Part shown: positions 48,284 through 58,314 of the stretch, one piece after another
Layout of the letters: the number at the start of each line of letters is the position of its first letter
How positions within the stretch are numbered: position 1 is the first letter of the stretch
Origin: Candidatus Nezhaarchaeales archaeon
Lineage (GTDB): Archaea > Thermoproteota > Methanomethylicia > Nezhaarchaeales > JAWCJE01
NCBI GenBank assembly: GCA_038853715.1
Contig: JAWCJE010000001.1
Coordinates: 117,963 to 181,962, forward strand
Direction: 5' to 3'
Length of the DNA: 64,000 nucleotides
The notes under the pieces: generated by a model
Seen by the model: only the letters and a program-made list of their open reading frames with translations
What the model was told of the DNA's origin: nothing
The model's database searches: none
Program-made: the position numbers and the translations under genes

Positions 48284-48877
48284 ATGGTTAAGCTCGAGGT
48301 TAAAAGGTTATGGGAGTTTTTCCGCCTACTCTACCCATGTCAGGTGGTGTTTATCACTTGTTATGCTAACGGTAGGTCGAACGTCATGACGTCGTCGGCC
48401 CTACCGGTATCCTTTAAGCCCCCGCTTTTAGCCGTAAGTATAGCTCCAACTAGGTATTCCTATCACCTCATAAGGATGGGTAGGGAGTTCGTAGTCAATA
48501 TTCCATCGGCTAGCTTAATGGAGAAAGCCTTACTCTGCGGTATGACCTCCGGGAGGGGGATGGATAAGTTTAAGGAGCTAGCTTTAACCCCTGCTAAAGC
48601 TAGATTGGTGGCCGCTCCGATTATTCAGGAGTGTATAGCTCATTTAGAGTGTAGGTTGGTTAAGGAGGTGGAGGCGGGTGATCACGTACTGTTTATCGGT
48701 GAGGTACTTACGGCTTACGCTGAAGCGGATCTAGTAAGTGAGGACGATGACGGTATACTGGTTTGGAACTTGGAGAAGGCTAATTTACTACTACACGTAG
48801 GAGGGAGGATTTTCACCGTTCCCGGGAAACCCGTGAAGGCTTTAACCGCGTACTCATTCTTTACTAGGTTTAATTAA
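48284..48877 (+). CDS. Flavin-reductase-like FMN-binding domain protein.
   Basis: 'NVMTSSALPVSFKPPLLAVSIA' split-barrel flavin reductase pattern. 197 aa. Confidence 0.65.
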   Translation: MVKLEVKRLWEFFRLLYPCQVVFITCYANGRSNVMTSSALPVSFKPPLLAVSIAPTRYSYHLIRMGREFVVNIPSASLMEKALLCGMTSGRGMDKFKELALTPAKARLVAAPIIQECIAHLECRLVKEVEAGDHVLFIGEVLTAYAEADLVSEDDDGILVWNLEKANLLLHVGGRIFTVPGKPVKALTAYSFFTRFN

Positions 48878-48925
48878 ACTCTAGGGTAAGGTTTAATTGC
48901 TGGTCCTCCCCCCACTTCGACGGCC

Positions 48926-49489
48926 ATGAGGATAGTGGTCGGTATTTCGGGGGCTAGCGGCATTATCTACGGGGTTAGGTTATTGCAGGCTTTAAAGGAG
49001 TTAAACGTGGAAGTACATTTAACCATGACTAACTTAGCTGTAAAGATCGCTAAGCTTGAAGAGGATATCGACAGGGAGGATATCGTTAAGCTAGCGGCTT
49101 ACTACTACGATGTTGACGACTTAACGGCTCCTATAGCGAGCGGCTCCTTTACGCACGACGGGATGGTTATAGCTCCGTGTAGTATGAAAACGTTAGCCGG
49201 AATAGCTAATGGCTACGCTGACAACTTACTATTGAGGGCTGCCGACGTAACCTTAAAGGAGGGGAGGAAGCTTATCTTAGTGCCGAGGGAAACGCCGTTA
49301 AGCGTAATCCACTTAAGGAACATGTTAACACTAGCGGAAGCCGGAGTAATCATACTGCCAGCTATGCCAGCGTTTTACGGTAGGCCGAAGAGCATTAAAG
49401 ACCTGGTAGACTACGTGGTAGGACGCGTACTAGACCAGTTAAAGATACGGCATAAGCTATATGAAAGGTGGGGAGGTCCACGCGTTTAG
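48926..49489 (+). CDS. ubiX: Flavin prenyltransferase UbiX (prFMN synthase).
   Basis: 'MRIVVGISGASGIIYGVRLLQAL' and the conserved 'IAPCSMKTLAGIANGY' motif. Confidence 0.85.
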   Translation: MRIVVGISGASGIIYGVRLLQALKELNVEVHLTMTNLAVKIAKLEEDIDREDIVKLAAYYYDVDDLTAPIASGSFTHDGMVIAPCSMKTLAGIANGYADNLLLRAADVTLKEGRKLILVPRETPLSVIHLRNMLTLAEAGVIILPAMPAFYGRPKSIKDLVDYVVGRVLDQLKIRHKLYERWGGPRV

Positions 49490-49734
49490 GTATGGCCTCC
49501 ATTAACGTTTAAATGTTAATTTAGACGCGGATGCTTCATATCCGATTACGATTCCAACGTTAAACGTATTACTCTACGCGAAGTTATCGTAGGGTTAAGC
49601 GTAGGCTTTAATAGAGCTACTTGAAGGCCTTGAAGTCGCCCATAACCTTTAATACTTACGCGTTTTAGGGCTTTAACCTCGCATCGTTAATTAAGGTTCT
49701 AATAGATGCGCATTGAGAAAGACTTTGACCGTAT

Positions 49735-51000
49735 ATGAAGAACGTGGTGATCGTTGGAACCCTTGATACTAAGGGGGCTGAAATTCTCTACTTAAAGGAC
49801 CTCATATTGAAGCGGGGGCATAACGCCTTAGTGATGGATTTAAGCATGGGGCGCGAACTTAGACTTAAAGGTGAAATCACGCCGGAGGAGGTAGCTAAGG
49901 CTGCCGGCGTGGATATAGAGGAGGTTAGGGCTTTAGCGGATAGGGGGCAGAGGCTTAAAGCCAGCGAGCTAATGGTTAAAGGCGCTATTGAAAAGGTTAA
50001 GCAGCTTTACGCGGAGGGTAAGCTACATGGTATAGTCGCGCTCGGAGGCCATACCGCTACGGTAACCGGTACTACGATTATGAGGGCTTTACCCTTCGGC
50101 GTCCCGAAACTTATGATATCCAGCACGGCCGGTATGCCGGCCTACGTAGCGCAGTACATAGGTACTAACGACGTAATGCTGCTTCATTCAGTGCTAGATA
50201 TAGCTGGTTTAAACGACTTCATAAAGAACGTCCTCGAACGTGGAGCTGGAGCAATCTGCGGCGCTATCGAAACCGTAACGACTACTACGGCCGCCCTACT
50301 AACTAAGAAGGAGAAGCCGCTAATAGCCATAACGGAGTTCGGTTTCTCGGAGAAATGCTGTACGAAGGTTAAGGAACTACTTAAGCAGAAGGGCTACGAG
50401 GTAATAGCGTTCCACGCTCAAGGAGTAGGGGATAGGGCTATGGAGGACCTCTTAAGGCAAGGCTACTTCGACGGCGTCATAGACGTCGTACCGGCGGGCG
50501 TTAGCGAAAACCTATTTAAAGGTAATAGGGATGCCGGCCCGAATAGGCTTGAGGCAGCCGGGGAAAGGGGGTTACCGCAGGTAGTAACGCCCTGCGGCTT
50601 TGAAATGATAAGCTGCGGGCCCTACCCGGAGAGGACGAAGCAAATAGTTCCAGACTACGAGAAGAGGAAGATGGCGTTAATAGATCCGTTAAGGGCTCAA
50701 GCGAGAACAACGGCTGAAGAGTTGAAGAAGGTGGCTAAAGTGGTAGCTGAAAAGCTTAATAAGGCTAAAGGCCCCGTTAAGTTCCTAATACCGCTTAAAG
50801 GCTGGTCGTCGCTATCTAGGCCCGGCGGTCCACTACATGAACCTGAGACCGATATGGTTTTCGTAGAGGAATTAAGGAAGCAGTTAAAGCCCGAGATTGA
50901 AGTAAGGCTAATCGACGCCGAGCTTAATGACCCCAGCTTCGCTGAAGAAGTGTTTAAAGCGTTTGAAGAAGCCTTTAAACAAGCAGTTAAAAAGCCTTAA
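49735..51000 (+). CDS. UPF0261 (Tm-1-like) family protein.
   Basis: 421 aa. 'VVIVGTLDTKGAEILYL' N-terminus and the 'MRALPFGVPKLMIS' motif, which is shared with the paralog at 63126. Confidence 0.6.
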   Translation: MKNVVIVGTLDTKGAEILYLKDLILKRGHNALVMDLSMGRELRLKGEITPEEVAKAAGVDIEEVRALADRGQRLKASELMVKGAIEKVKQLYAEGKLHGIVALGGHTATVTGTTIMRALPFGVPKLMISSTAGMPAYVAQYIGTNDVMLLHSVLDIAGLNDFIKNVLERGAGAICGAIETVTTTTAALLTKKEKPLIAITEFGFSEKCCTKVKELLKQKGYEVIAFHAQGVGDRAMEDLLRQGYFDGVIDVVPAGVSENLFKGNRDAGPNRLEAAGERGLPQVVTPCGFEMISCGPYPERTKQIVPDYEKRKMALIDPLRAQARTTAEELKKVAKVVAEKLNKAKGPVKFLIPLKGWSSLSRPGGPLHEPETDMVFVEELRKQLKPEIEVRLIDAELNDPSFAEEVFKAFEEAFKQAVKKP

Positions 51001-51107
51001 CGGGCGCCTAAAACCTACGACCCTTTATAAGCCGTAGACGGGTAGTAGTGGATGGAAGGCTGGGTGTTAGCACTTTAGGCTTAATCGCTCCTCGGGAAAA
51101 AAGGCTC

Positions 51108-53438
51108 CTACTCGAGTTTAAAGAGTTCTTTAAACTCCTTTGGTTTAGGTAAGCCTTTTTTCTCAGGGTTCCATTCTTCGTCCGATACTTTGTACACCTT
51201 ACATAGGAAGCCTCTAAGAGTCCAGCAGCCTAGCACTTCGTCGCACCACTTATCGGGATCGTCATCGGTTAGAACGTTTACGTTGGAGATCCAAACGCCG
51301 TGAAGGTATGGTTCCTCACCAGGCATTTCAGGGTACCACCAACCGTGTTGCGCATGAACTACGTTGGGGTGGATGCCGTCGAATAGCTTAGCTTTCTGCA
51401 TGATCCTACCCTTCTTTGTTTCAATCCACGTCCAGTCGCCATCACTTATCCCTAGTTTAGCCGCCGCTTCAGGGTGTATCTCGACTCTAGGCCATGGGTA
51501 TATCCTCCTAAAGGACTCGATTTGACGGTGCTCGGAGTGGAAGTAGGGTAGGAACCTACCGCCGGTTATCAGTATGAACGGATACTCCTTAGCTAGCTCC
51601 GGAGTACTAATGGGGCTTTCGGGAGGCTCCTTATAGTAGGGGAGTGGGTCGTAGCCTAGCTTCTCCATGATGGTGGAGTAAAACTCGATCTTCCTAGTCG
51701 GGGTGCCGAACCCCATCTTCTCGTACTTCTTATACTCGGGTGGAGGAGCGTATATGCCGCCGGTCTTCTCGATGAACTCCTTGAAGGATGAATAGCCTAG
51801 GGGCTTAAGCCTATAGTCGTATACTTCCTCAACGGCCCTCCAAGGCCAGTATTCACCCTGTCCAAGCCTTACTGCTAAGCCCCTCCAGAACTCGTAGTCC
51901 GTACGCCTTTCGTATTCACCGGGCTTACTAGCCGGTAATACCGCCTCGCATGCTTTAATACTAGGAGAGTTTGTTCTAAACTCGTAGAGGGTAGGTCTTT
52001 CAAGCCAGGAAGCGGCCGGGAAGACGTAGTCGGCTAGCTCAGCGCTAGGTGTTAGGAAGTAGTCAACCACTACGTAGAGGTCTAGGTTCTTTAAGGCTTC
52101 ATACACTAGCTTAACGTTCGCCTGAGTGACCATCGGGTTGCTGGACATAGTTATTAAGGCCTTAACGGGGTAAGGCTTACTAGTGATTATAGCCCTGTAG
52201 AGTAGGGGTGCGTTAGCTAGGCACGTATAGGCTTGTAGGTCTCCGCGCTTACCCCATACCTTCTCCACGTTGCCCTGTATAAGCTCGTAGCCTGGCCATG
52301 ACTCTAGCTTAAACCTATCTGATCCTATCTGCTTTTTACGCCGTTCAGGGGGTAAAGCGTTAGGAAGCTCCATTTCGTGCTCGGTTATCAATTTAGGGTT
52401 AGGGCCAGCTAGCTGATAGCCTCCAGGTATGTCGATGCTCCCGGTTAAGGCGGTTATAATGTGACAGGCGTGTATTACTGAGTGGGCATTATACTGATGC
52501 GCGGCGCCCATCCCTTCGATAGCTACCGCTGGCTTATTTGCCGCGAAGGTTCTAGCGGCTTCAACTATCTTCTCGGCTGGAACCCAGGTTATCTCAGCGG
52601 CCTTATCCGGCGGATACTGCTTAACGCGTTCATGAAGCCTATCGAAGCCGTAGCACCATTTCCCCACGAACCCTTTATCGTAGAGCCCCTCCTCTATGAT
52701 CACGTTCATCATGGATAGTAGCAACGCTACATCCGTACCGGGCCTTACCTGTAGCCATAGATCGGCGTTTCTAGCGGCTTCACTCCTCCTAGGGTCTACA
52801 ACTATTAACTTAGCGCCCTTCTTCTTAGCCTCCCTAATCGCGTCCCAGATTGTTTGATGGGCAGGTGGAGGGTTCCTACCTACTAGCATTATGCATCGAG
52901 AATACGTTAAGTTCTCGCCTGGGTACCACCATGGGAACCAGCCTAATACTGCTAATGCAACCGTGGCCGAATTACCGTGGCATATATGGGCCTGGCCAAC
53001 CTGGTTAGGGCTACCGAGGAGGTTAAGGAAGCGGTACCTAAACTCTTCGTAGGTTCTACAGGTACCGTGGGTTACCGCTACGGCTTCGGGGCCGTACTTA
53101 CTAATGACCTCCTTAATCTTGGAGGCTACTTCGTCTAGTGCTTCGTCCCACGACGTCGGCTTCCACCTGGCTTCACCTCTTTCGCCTACCCTTTTCAACG
53201 GGTACCTAAGCCTTTTAGGATGGTGGAACCACTCCTTAAAGGAGCGCCATCGAGGGCAGTCAGCCCTAGGCGAAGGGCCGGCATCGATAAGGTCGCCGTA
53301 CTTAGACCTCTTCACGTCAACGAAGCACTTCGGCTTACACCACCAGCAAATAGCTTTCCCTACGTATACTTCACTCACGAAAGCCGCGCTGACGTAAGCG
53401 TCGCTACCTTCTTTCAAGCTCCTTTCTCCTAAGTTCAA
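51108..53438 (-). CDS. Molybdopterin (Mo/W-bisPGD) oxidoreductase of the DMSO-reductase superfamily, cytoplasmic; substrate unknown.
   Basis: 776 aa with the N-terminal cysteine motif 'CWWCKPKC...C' (Fe-S) and MopB/molybdopterin-binding regions. There is no twin-arginine signal. Its start overlaps the upstream ligase gene by 35 nt. Confidence 0.7.
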   Translation of the reverse strand: MNLGERSLKEGSDAYVSAAFVSEVYVGKAICWWCKPKCFVDVKRSKYGDLIDAGPSPRADCPRWRSFKEWFHHPKRLRYPLKRVGERGEARWKPTSWDEALDEVASKIKEVISKYGPEAVAVTHGTCRTYEEFRYRFLNLLGSPNQVGQAHICHGNSATVALAVLGWFPWWYPGENLTYSRCIMLVGRNPPPAHQTIWDAIREAKKKGAKLIVVDPRRSEAARNADLWLQVRPGTDVALLLSMMNVIIEEGLYDKGFVGKWCYGFDRLHERVKQYPPDKAAEITWVPAEKIVEAARTFAANKPAVAIEGMGAAHQYNAHSVIHACHIITALTGSIDIPGGYQLAGPNPKLITEHEMELPNALPPERRKKQIGSDRFKLESWPGYELIQGNVEKVWGKRGDLQAYTCLANAPLLYRAIITSKPYPVKALITMSSNPMVTQANVKLVYEALKNLDLYVVVDYFLTPSAELADYVFPAASWLERPTLYEFRTNSPSIKACEAVLPASKPGEYERRTDYEFWRGLAVRLGQGEYWPWRAVEEVYDYRLKPLGYSSFKEFIEKTGGIYAPPPEYKKYEKMGFGTPTRKIEFYSTIMEKLGYDPLPYYKEPPESPISTPELAKEYPFILITGGRFLPYFHSEHRQIESFRRIYPWPRVEIHPEAAAKLGISDGDWTWIETKKGRIMQKAKLFDGIHPNVVHAQHGWWYPEMPGEEPYLHGVWISNVNVLTDDDPDKWCDEVLGCWTLRGFLCKVYKVSDEEWNPEKKGLPKPKEFKELFKLE

Positions 53439-55083
53439 CCCTTTTAATTTTCCCAGTTTCGGTCTTTGGTAGTTCGGTAACGAACTCTATTTCTTTAGGG
53501 GCTTTGTAGGGCGCTATCAAACCTTTAACGAAGCCCCTTATCTCCTCCTTTAGTTTATCGCTTGCTTCATAGCCGGGTTTTAACACTATGAAGGCTTTAA
53601 TCGCTTGTCCACGTTCAGGGTCCGGTACACCTATGACGCCGGCTTCAGCTATAGCTGGATGCTTCACCAGGACCTCTTCAACCTCGTGAGGGGATACCCT
53701 ATAGGCCGCCGTCTTTATTATGTCGTCACTCCTACTAACAAACCAGAAGAAGCCATCCGCGTCCCTATAACACACGTCGCCTGTATAGTTCCATCCATCC
53801 TTAACGGATTCCGCTTGCTTCTCAGGCTTCCTCCAGTACCTTATTCCTACGGGGCCTATTACCGCTAGATGTCCAACTTCGCCTACGGGTTGCTCTCTAC
53901 CTTCATCGTTAAACACCCTTACATCGTAGCCTGGCACTGGGAGTCCCATGGAGCCCGGCTTGATTTGTCCGAACCTCGATGATATGAAGCCGTCGAGGAG
54001 CTCCGTACAACCGATATGCTCGAGGACTTCGCAGCCGAAGAACCCCTTTACCTCATGGTATAATGAAGGAGGACAGGGTTCACCGGCGGTTACACAAACC
54101 CTAAGCGAGCTGAAGTCGTATTTTTTACGTTCCTCCTTTAAGGCCACCATGGCCCTATAGGCCGTAGGAACGGCGTAGAGGATCGATATCCTATGCTTCT
54201 CTATGAGCTCGAACATGAGTATGGGGTCAAACCTCCTAGGCCCTATTAACGATGCCGTCGCTCCATGACGGAGGGGGTTGCCTATCAACCCCGTATGTCC
54301 GTAGGCGAAGGCCATGGTGGGTGGGCCTCCCCATACATCCTTTTCATTGGCCATTAAAACGTTCTTCGCGTAACAATCGGCTATGGCTAAGTAGTGCCTA
54401 TGCGTATGAATACAACCTTTAGGAGGCCCAGTGGTACCCGACGTGTATAGTAGTAGTGCGATTTCATCCTGATCGACGCGAACGGGGTCTAGCTTCGTAG
54501 CGTCCTTAAACCTATCCATGAGGTCGTCGAAGGCTATGTACGGATCCTTAACCTCGCTTGGCTTAACCCCTGCTAATACTACGTGTCTAACCGTTTTAAG
54601 CTCGTCCTTAACTTTTTCAACTTCTTCAAGTAGGGGTGGGGTCGTAATGAGGATTTTAGCTTCACAGTCGTTAGCTATGTATGAAATCTCCTTAGCTCTA
54701 AGTAGGGTGAACGTCGGGACGCTTATAGCGCCTATCTTTTGGGCTGCTAAGCTACTTACTACGAACTCAGGTATGTTAGGGAGCCTTAACATTACGCGGT
54801 CTCCGACTTCAACGCCTAGGCTTTTTAAGGCGTTGCCGAACCTATTCACCATTAACTGAAGCTCGCCGTAGGTTATCCTACGTTCGTCGATTAGGATAGC
54901 TGCCTTACCCCCATACCCCTTCCTAGCGTTTTCGTCTACCAGGATCTCGGCTATGTTGAGCTTAGCAGGCCAAGTTTTAGCCTCGGGGAAGTCCAGTTTA
55001 AACCTCGGCCACATCTCCTTCGGGGGGCCGTACTTCTCGATTAACGACAACCCTTCCCACCCTACGGGAAGAGTTCCTTCCAC
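53404..55083 (-). CDS. AMP-dependent synthetase / acyl-CoA (aryl-CoA) ligase.
   Basis: 'LYTSGTTGPPKG' AMP-binding motif, 'YGHTG' and the C-terminal 'GKIKRVEL'. It overlaps the UbiD-like gene by 22 nt. Confidence 0.8.
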   Translation of the reverse strand: MEGTLPVGWEGLSLIEKYGPPKEMWPRFKLDFPEAKTWPAKLNIAEILVDENARKGYGGKAAILIDERRITYGELQLMVNRFGNALKSLGVEVGDRVMLRLPNIPEFVVSSLAAQKIGAISVPTFTLLRAKEISYIANDCEAKILITTPPLLEEVEKVKDELKTVRHVVLAGVKPSEVKDPYIAFDDLMDRFKDATKLDPVRVDQDEIALLLYTSGTTGPPKGCIHTHRHYLAIADCYAKNVLMANEKDVWGGPPTMAFAYGHTGLIGNPLRHGATASLIGPRRFDPILMFELIEKHRISILYAVPTAYRAMVALKEERKKYDFSSLRVCVTAGEPCPPSLYHEVKGFFGCEVLEHIGCTELLDGFISSRFGQIKPGSMGLPVPGYDVRVFNDEGREQPVGEVGHLAVIGPVGIRYWRKPEKQAESVKDGWNYTGDVCYRDADGFFWFVSRSDDIIKTAAYRVSPHEVEEVLVKHPAIAEAGVIGVPDPERGQAIKAFIVLKPGYEASDKLKEEIRGFVKGLIAPYKAPKEIEFVTELPKTETGKIKRVELRRKELERR

Positions 55084-56489
55084 CTTGATTTAACCTTCTC
55101 CACTACTGCCTTATCTAGTTCTACGGGTACTGGCTTCTGCCTCCACTCGTAGGGTATGGTGGCGTCGATTATAATCCTCGAGGTTATTAACCTAGCCTCC
55201 GGGTCTATTGGTAGCGATGGGTCGAGTGGTGTGGATCTACCGCGCTTAATTATCTCGGTACTCCTGTAGGGCTGGTATCTAACACTTAAAGCCCACAGCA
55301 CCCTTGATAGGTCGGATGGATCTATGTCGTCGTCGACGACTATAACGGTTTTAAGCCCATAGGCGCCCATCTCGGTCGATATGGCCGCCGTCCCAACCTG
55401 GATTGAATGGCCCGGGTACATCTGCTTAACAGATATTATGGCTATGTAGCGGCCGGCGGCTTCGGGAGGACAGTATACAGCCTTAATGCCTGGTATCTTC
55501 ATCTCCTCAAGCTCGCTCCAGAGGGAGGCGGTATAGGTTAACGCCATAACCATGTGGGTATCGGTTACAGGCCTACCTACGCTGGTCATCCAGAAGATCG
55601 GGTTATCCCTATAGGTAACGCAGTTAACCTTTATGAAGTTCCTTTTAACTGCGCCAAGCCCTGAATAGTAGCCCGTGTACTCGCCGAAGGGCCCCTCATC
55701 CCTAAAGGCCGAGGCATCCACCTCTCCTTCGACGACGATCTCGGCCCCGATGGGTATTGGTAGATCCACCGTTTCACCTTTAACCACCTCGACTGGTGAA
55801 CGCCTAAGCGCTCCAGCGTAGTCGTACTCTGAGCGCTCGGCAGGCAACCTTGAAGCGGAGACCAAGAATATTATGGGGTCCACGCCTACGCATACCGCCA
55901 CCGGCATGGGCTCCTTTCGCTCAGCGTACTTCTTTAACATTAAGTCTGCGTGTTTACCCGGGATGAACTGTGTACCTAAGGTTTGCCTATCGAGTAGTTG
56001 AAGCCTATAGGTCCCTATGTTAACCCAGCCGCTTTCAGGATCCTTGGTTATAACGCAGACAGCGGTTCCGAAGTAGCGTCCTCCATCGCGAGGGTATAGG
56101 TGTGGAACCGGAAACTTAGTGAGGTCAACCTTATCACCTTCGTCTACGTTCTCCTTGCAAGGAGCTTTACCCTCCTTAACCCATTTCGGGGGTATTAGCT
56201 TATCAGGCTTGGTTCTTTCAACCCATTCCTTGGTGAGCTGCGGTAAAATGCTTGTTTTAGGCATTTCCATTGCTAATGCAAGCCTACTTGTCGTGGTAAG
56301 GGCGCTAGCGAAAACCGGGGTTTTATAGCCTTTAACGTTCTCGAAGAGGAGTGCGGGTCCATCCTTCTCCTCGTTCATTTTGGCTATGTGGGCCATCTCT
56401 AAGTACCAGTCGACCTCGGCTTTTACCCTCCGTAGCTCCCCTTCACCCTCAAGCCTGGCTATAAAGTCTCGAAGGTCCTTATAAGGCAT
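55062..56489 (-). CDS. UbiD-family (prFMN-dependent) reversible (de)carboxylase.
   Basis: 475 aa. 'MPYKDLRDFIARLEGEGELRRVKAEVD' N-terminus and UbiD conserved regions throughout. Confidence 0.85.
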   Translation of the reverse strand: MPYKDLRDFIARLEGEGELRRVKAEVDWYLEMAHIAKMNEEKDGPALLFENVKGYKTPVFASALTTTSRLALAMEMPKTSILPQLTKEWVERTKPDKLIPPKWVKEGKAPCKENVDEGDKVDLTKFPVPHLYPRDGGRYFGTAVCVITKDPESGWVNIGTYRLQLLDRQTLGTQFIPGKHADLMLKKYAERKEPMPVAVCVGVDPIIFLVSASRLPAERSEYDYAGALRRSPVEVVKGETVDLPIPIGAEIVVEGEVDASAFRDEGPFGEYTGYYSGLGAVKRNFIKVNCVTYRDNPIFWMTSVGRPVTDTHMVMALTYTASLWSELEEMKIPGIKAVYCPPEAAGRYIAIISVKQMYPGHSIQVGTAAISTEMGAYGLKTVIVVDDDIDPSDLSRVLWALSVRYQPYRSTEIIKRGRSTPLDPSLPIDPEARLITSRIIIDATIPYEWRQKPVPVELDKAVVEKVKSRWKELFP

Positions 56490-56591
56490 AAGGAAAACCT
56501 CATACGTTCTATTCTTTCATTCTTAAAAAGCTTTTTAACGGTTAAGCGTTAATGGTAACCTTTAAAACCTCCTTAACCTACCTTATCTATT

Positions 56592-57440
56592 GTGCGCAAT
56601 CGCGATGAGAAGGTCGTCGAATGCTTAATGAGGCTGGGCCTTCCAGCTGCTGAAGCTAAGCTATACGCGTTCCTACTTAAAAGCCCGGGGCTTAACTTAA
56701 GGCAGATTAGCGAGCACCTTAAAATCTCGATTCCTAGGGTGTACAAGCTTATCGCCAACCTTAAGTCGAGGGGGTTAATGATTAGCTCACCGCGCCAAAG
56801 GTCTAAAGCCTACTTCGTAGTGCCCCCAGCCGTAGCTGCATCGGTTCTAACTAAGGGTTTTGAGGAGAAGTTCTATACGGCCTTAAACCTAAAGGACGAG
56901 TTAGTAAGGGAGGTTAAAGTACTGGGTCAACCGTGCTTTAACGACTACTCCCTCTTCGAGTACACGAATAGGCACGCGATTATCCATACGCTGAAGAACC
57001 TTATTGAGGAGAGTAGGGGCGAGCTTATGAGCATTATGACGGCCGGCTGCCTTATACGATCCGTGTACCTGTTTAAGGATGAAATTAGGAGTGCTACGTC
57101 GCGAGGTGTAAAAGTATTCATCCTCGCGCCCTTCTCCAAAGCCCCCTACGGGGTTATGCTCGAGGCTATGAGGTGGGGGGAGTGCAGGGAGGTTGAAGAG
57201 GTTGAAGCTAAGGTACTACTAAAAGACTCTGAAGAAGCGTTTTTAACGCCGGCTAAAGAAGCGCTTAACGAGGGGGATGCCTATGAGTATGGAGTACACA
57301 TACGGAACAGGAGCATTGTTAACGTTTTAAGGAGGATGTTTACCTTCCTATGGCATTCCTCCCAACCCATAACCCCTCAACGCCTAAGGGATGAGGTAGG
57401 GGCTAAAGTAGGAGTAAGTAAAGCTACGCTGAAAGCCTAA
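56592..57440 (+). CDS. TrmB-family transcriptional regulator, transcribed divergently from the UbiD operon.
   Basis: TrmB-type N-terminal HTH 'LGLPAAEAKLYAFLLKSPGLNLRQISEHLKISIPRVYKLIANLKSRGLM'. The likely true start is the ATG at 56630. Confidence 0.6.
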   Translation: MRNRDEKVVECLMRLGLPAAEAKLYAFLLKSPGLNLRQISEHLKISIPRVYKLIANLKSRGLMISSPRQRSKAYFVVPPAVAASVLTKGFEEKFYTALNLKDELVREVKVLGQPCFNDYSLFEYTNRHAIIHTLKNLIEESRGELMSIMTAGCLIRSVYLFKDEIRSATSRGVKVFILAPFSKAPYGVMLEAMRWGECREVEEVEAKVLLKDSEEAFLTPAKEALNEGDAYEYGVHIRNRSIVNVLRRMFTFLWHSSQPITPQRLRDEVGAKVGVSKATLKA

Positions 57441-57443
57441 CGG

Positions 57444-57546
57444 GTTGCTTTGCGGCTTAATTCCTAGCCTTACATTAACTCTACACGAGTTAGCGTGAGG
57501 TATTTAATGTGGGATTAATGAGGGGTACATAATTAAGCCGCAAAGC
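57444..57546 (+). ncRNA. Copy 2 of the roughly 103-nt structured element; begins 4 nt after the TrmB-like gene stop.
   Basis: See copy 1. The outer stem is 'GCUUUGCGGCUUAAUU'/'AAUUAAGCCGCAAAGC'. Confidence 0.5.
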
Positions 57547-57626
57547 TAGAGAAATATAAAGGAATTAGTCTCACAGCACATTCAAGCAAAGCCTAGAAGA
57601 ATCTCGCTAAAATTTTACGAGTTATT

Positions 57627-57725
57627 TCTGAACTCATCTGAAAACTCATTAGTCGCTTTTGAGGCTTTAGTAGGTTAAAATAGCTAGTCAATTGATTATC
57701 AAGAGTTTTCAGCCGAGTTCTCTGA
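57627..57725. repeat. Inverted-repeat element copy C ('tctgaactcatctgaaaactc' ... 'gagttttcagccgagttctctga').
   Basis: 18 of 20 bp in the arms are complementary across a roughly 55-bp spacer containing 'gtcaattgattatc'. The right arm supplies the last 9 codons and the stop of the 57699..58154 gene. Confidence 0.55.
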
Positions 57726-58154
57726 CAATTTTGAGAATAGGGGATCAAGATATTTTTCCGAATATGCAGACAGATGTATAAATAGAGATGAGCGAATGTG
57801 GAAAACTAGGTTTTTTGCTGGTACCCGCATCTTCCCAGCTTCTTTCTCTGCTATTTGTAATGAAACCTCATTCAGCCTTTTCACTAATGGATGCTCTGTA
57901 TTTATCCTGTATAGCGTTGCTCTTCCTATGTTTCTTGAAGGCTTAACTATTTCTAACTCCTCAAGGTCTTTGAAGTTCTTGTAGAAAGTTTGCTTGCTCA
58001 TTCCTAACTCTCTTACAACCTCGCTCTTGCTGAAGTCAAAGTATGGGTTATCTAGGAAAATATCTAATATTCTTAGCTTAGGTGAGTAGCCTAACATCTT
58101 TACGAAAAGGGTTTCCCCGAGATCCTTGTACCTTACTTCCGACATCTCAAGCAC
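57699..58154 (-). CDS. Winged-HTH transcriptional-regulator-like protein (low-GC islet).
   Basis: 151 aa. 'KLRILDIFLDNPYFDFSKSEVVRELGMSKQTFYKNFKDLEELEIVK' looks like a wHTH. GC is about 40%. Confidence 0.5.
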   Translation of the reverse strand: MLEMSEVRYKDLGETLFVKMLGYSPKLRILDIFLDNPYFDFSKSEVVRELGMSKQTFYKNFKDLEELEIVKPSRNIGRATLYRINTEHPLVKRLNEVSLQIAEKEAGKMRVPAKNLVFHIRSSLFIHLSAYSEKYLDPLFSKLSENSAENS

Positions 58155-58314
58155 CGTAGTTTACATTCTTCTTAGAATTGATTAGAAATTGAAGTATTTG
58201 AATCTCAACCGTTAATGGTATTATAAGTGTACTATGTTTCCTCTAAGCGTAAATAGAGAAGTAAGGTTATGGTTCTGAGTAAGTTAAGGAACAGGGTGTT
58301 GGGATGCTATATAC

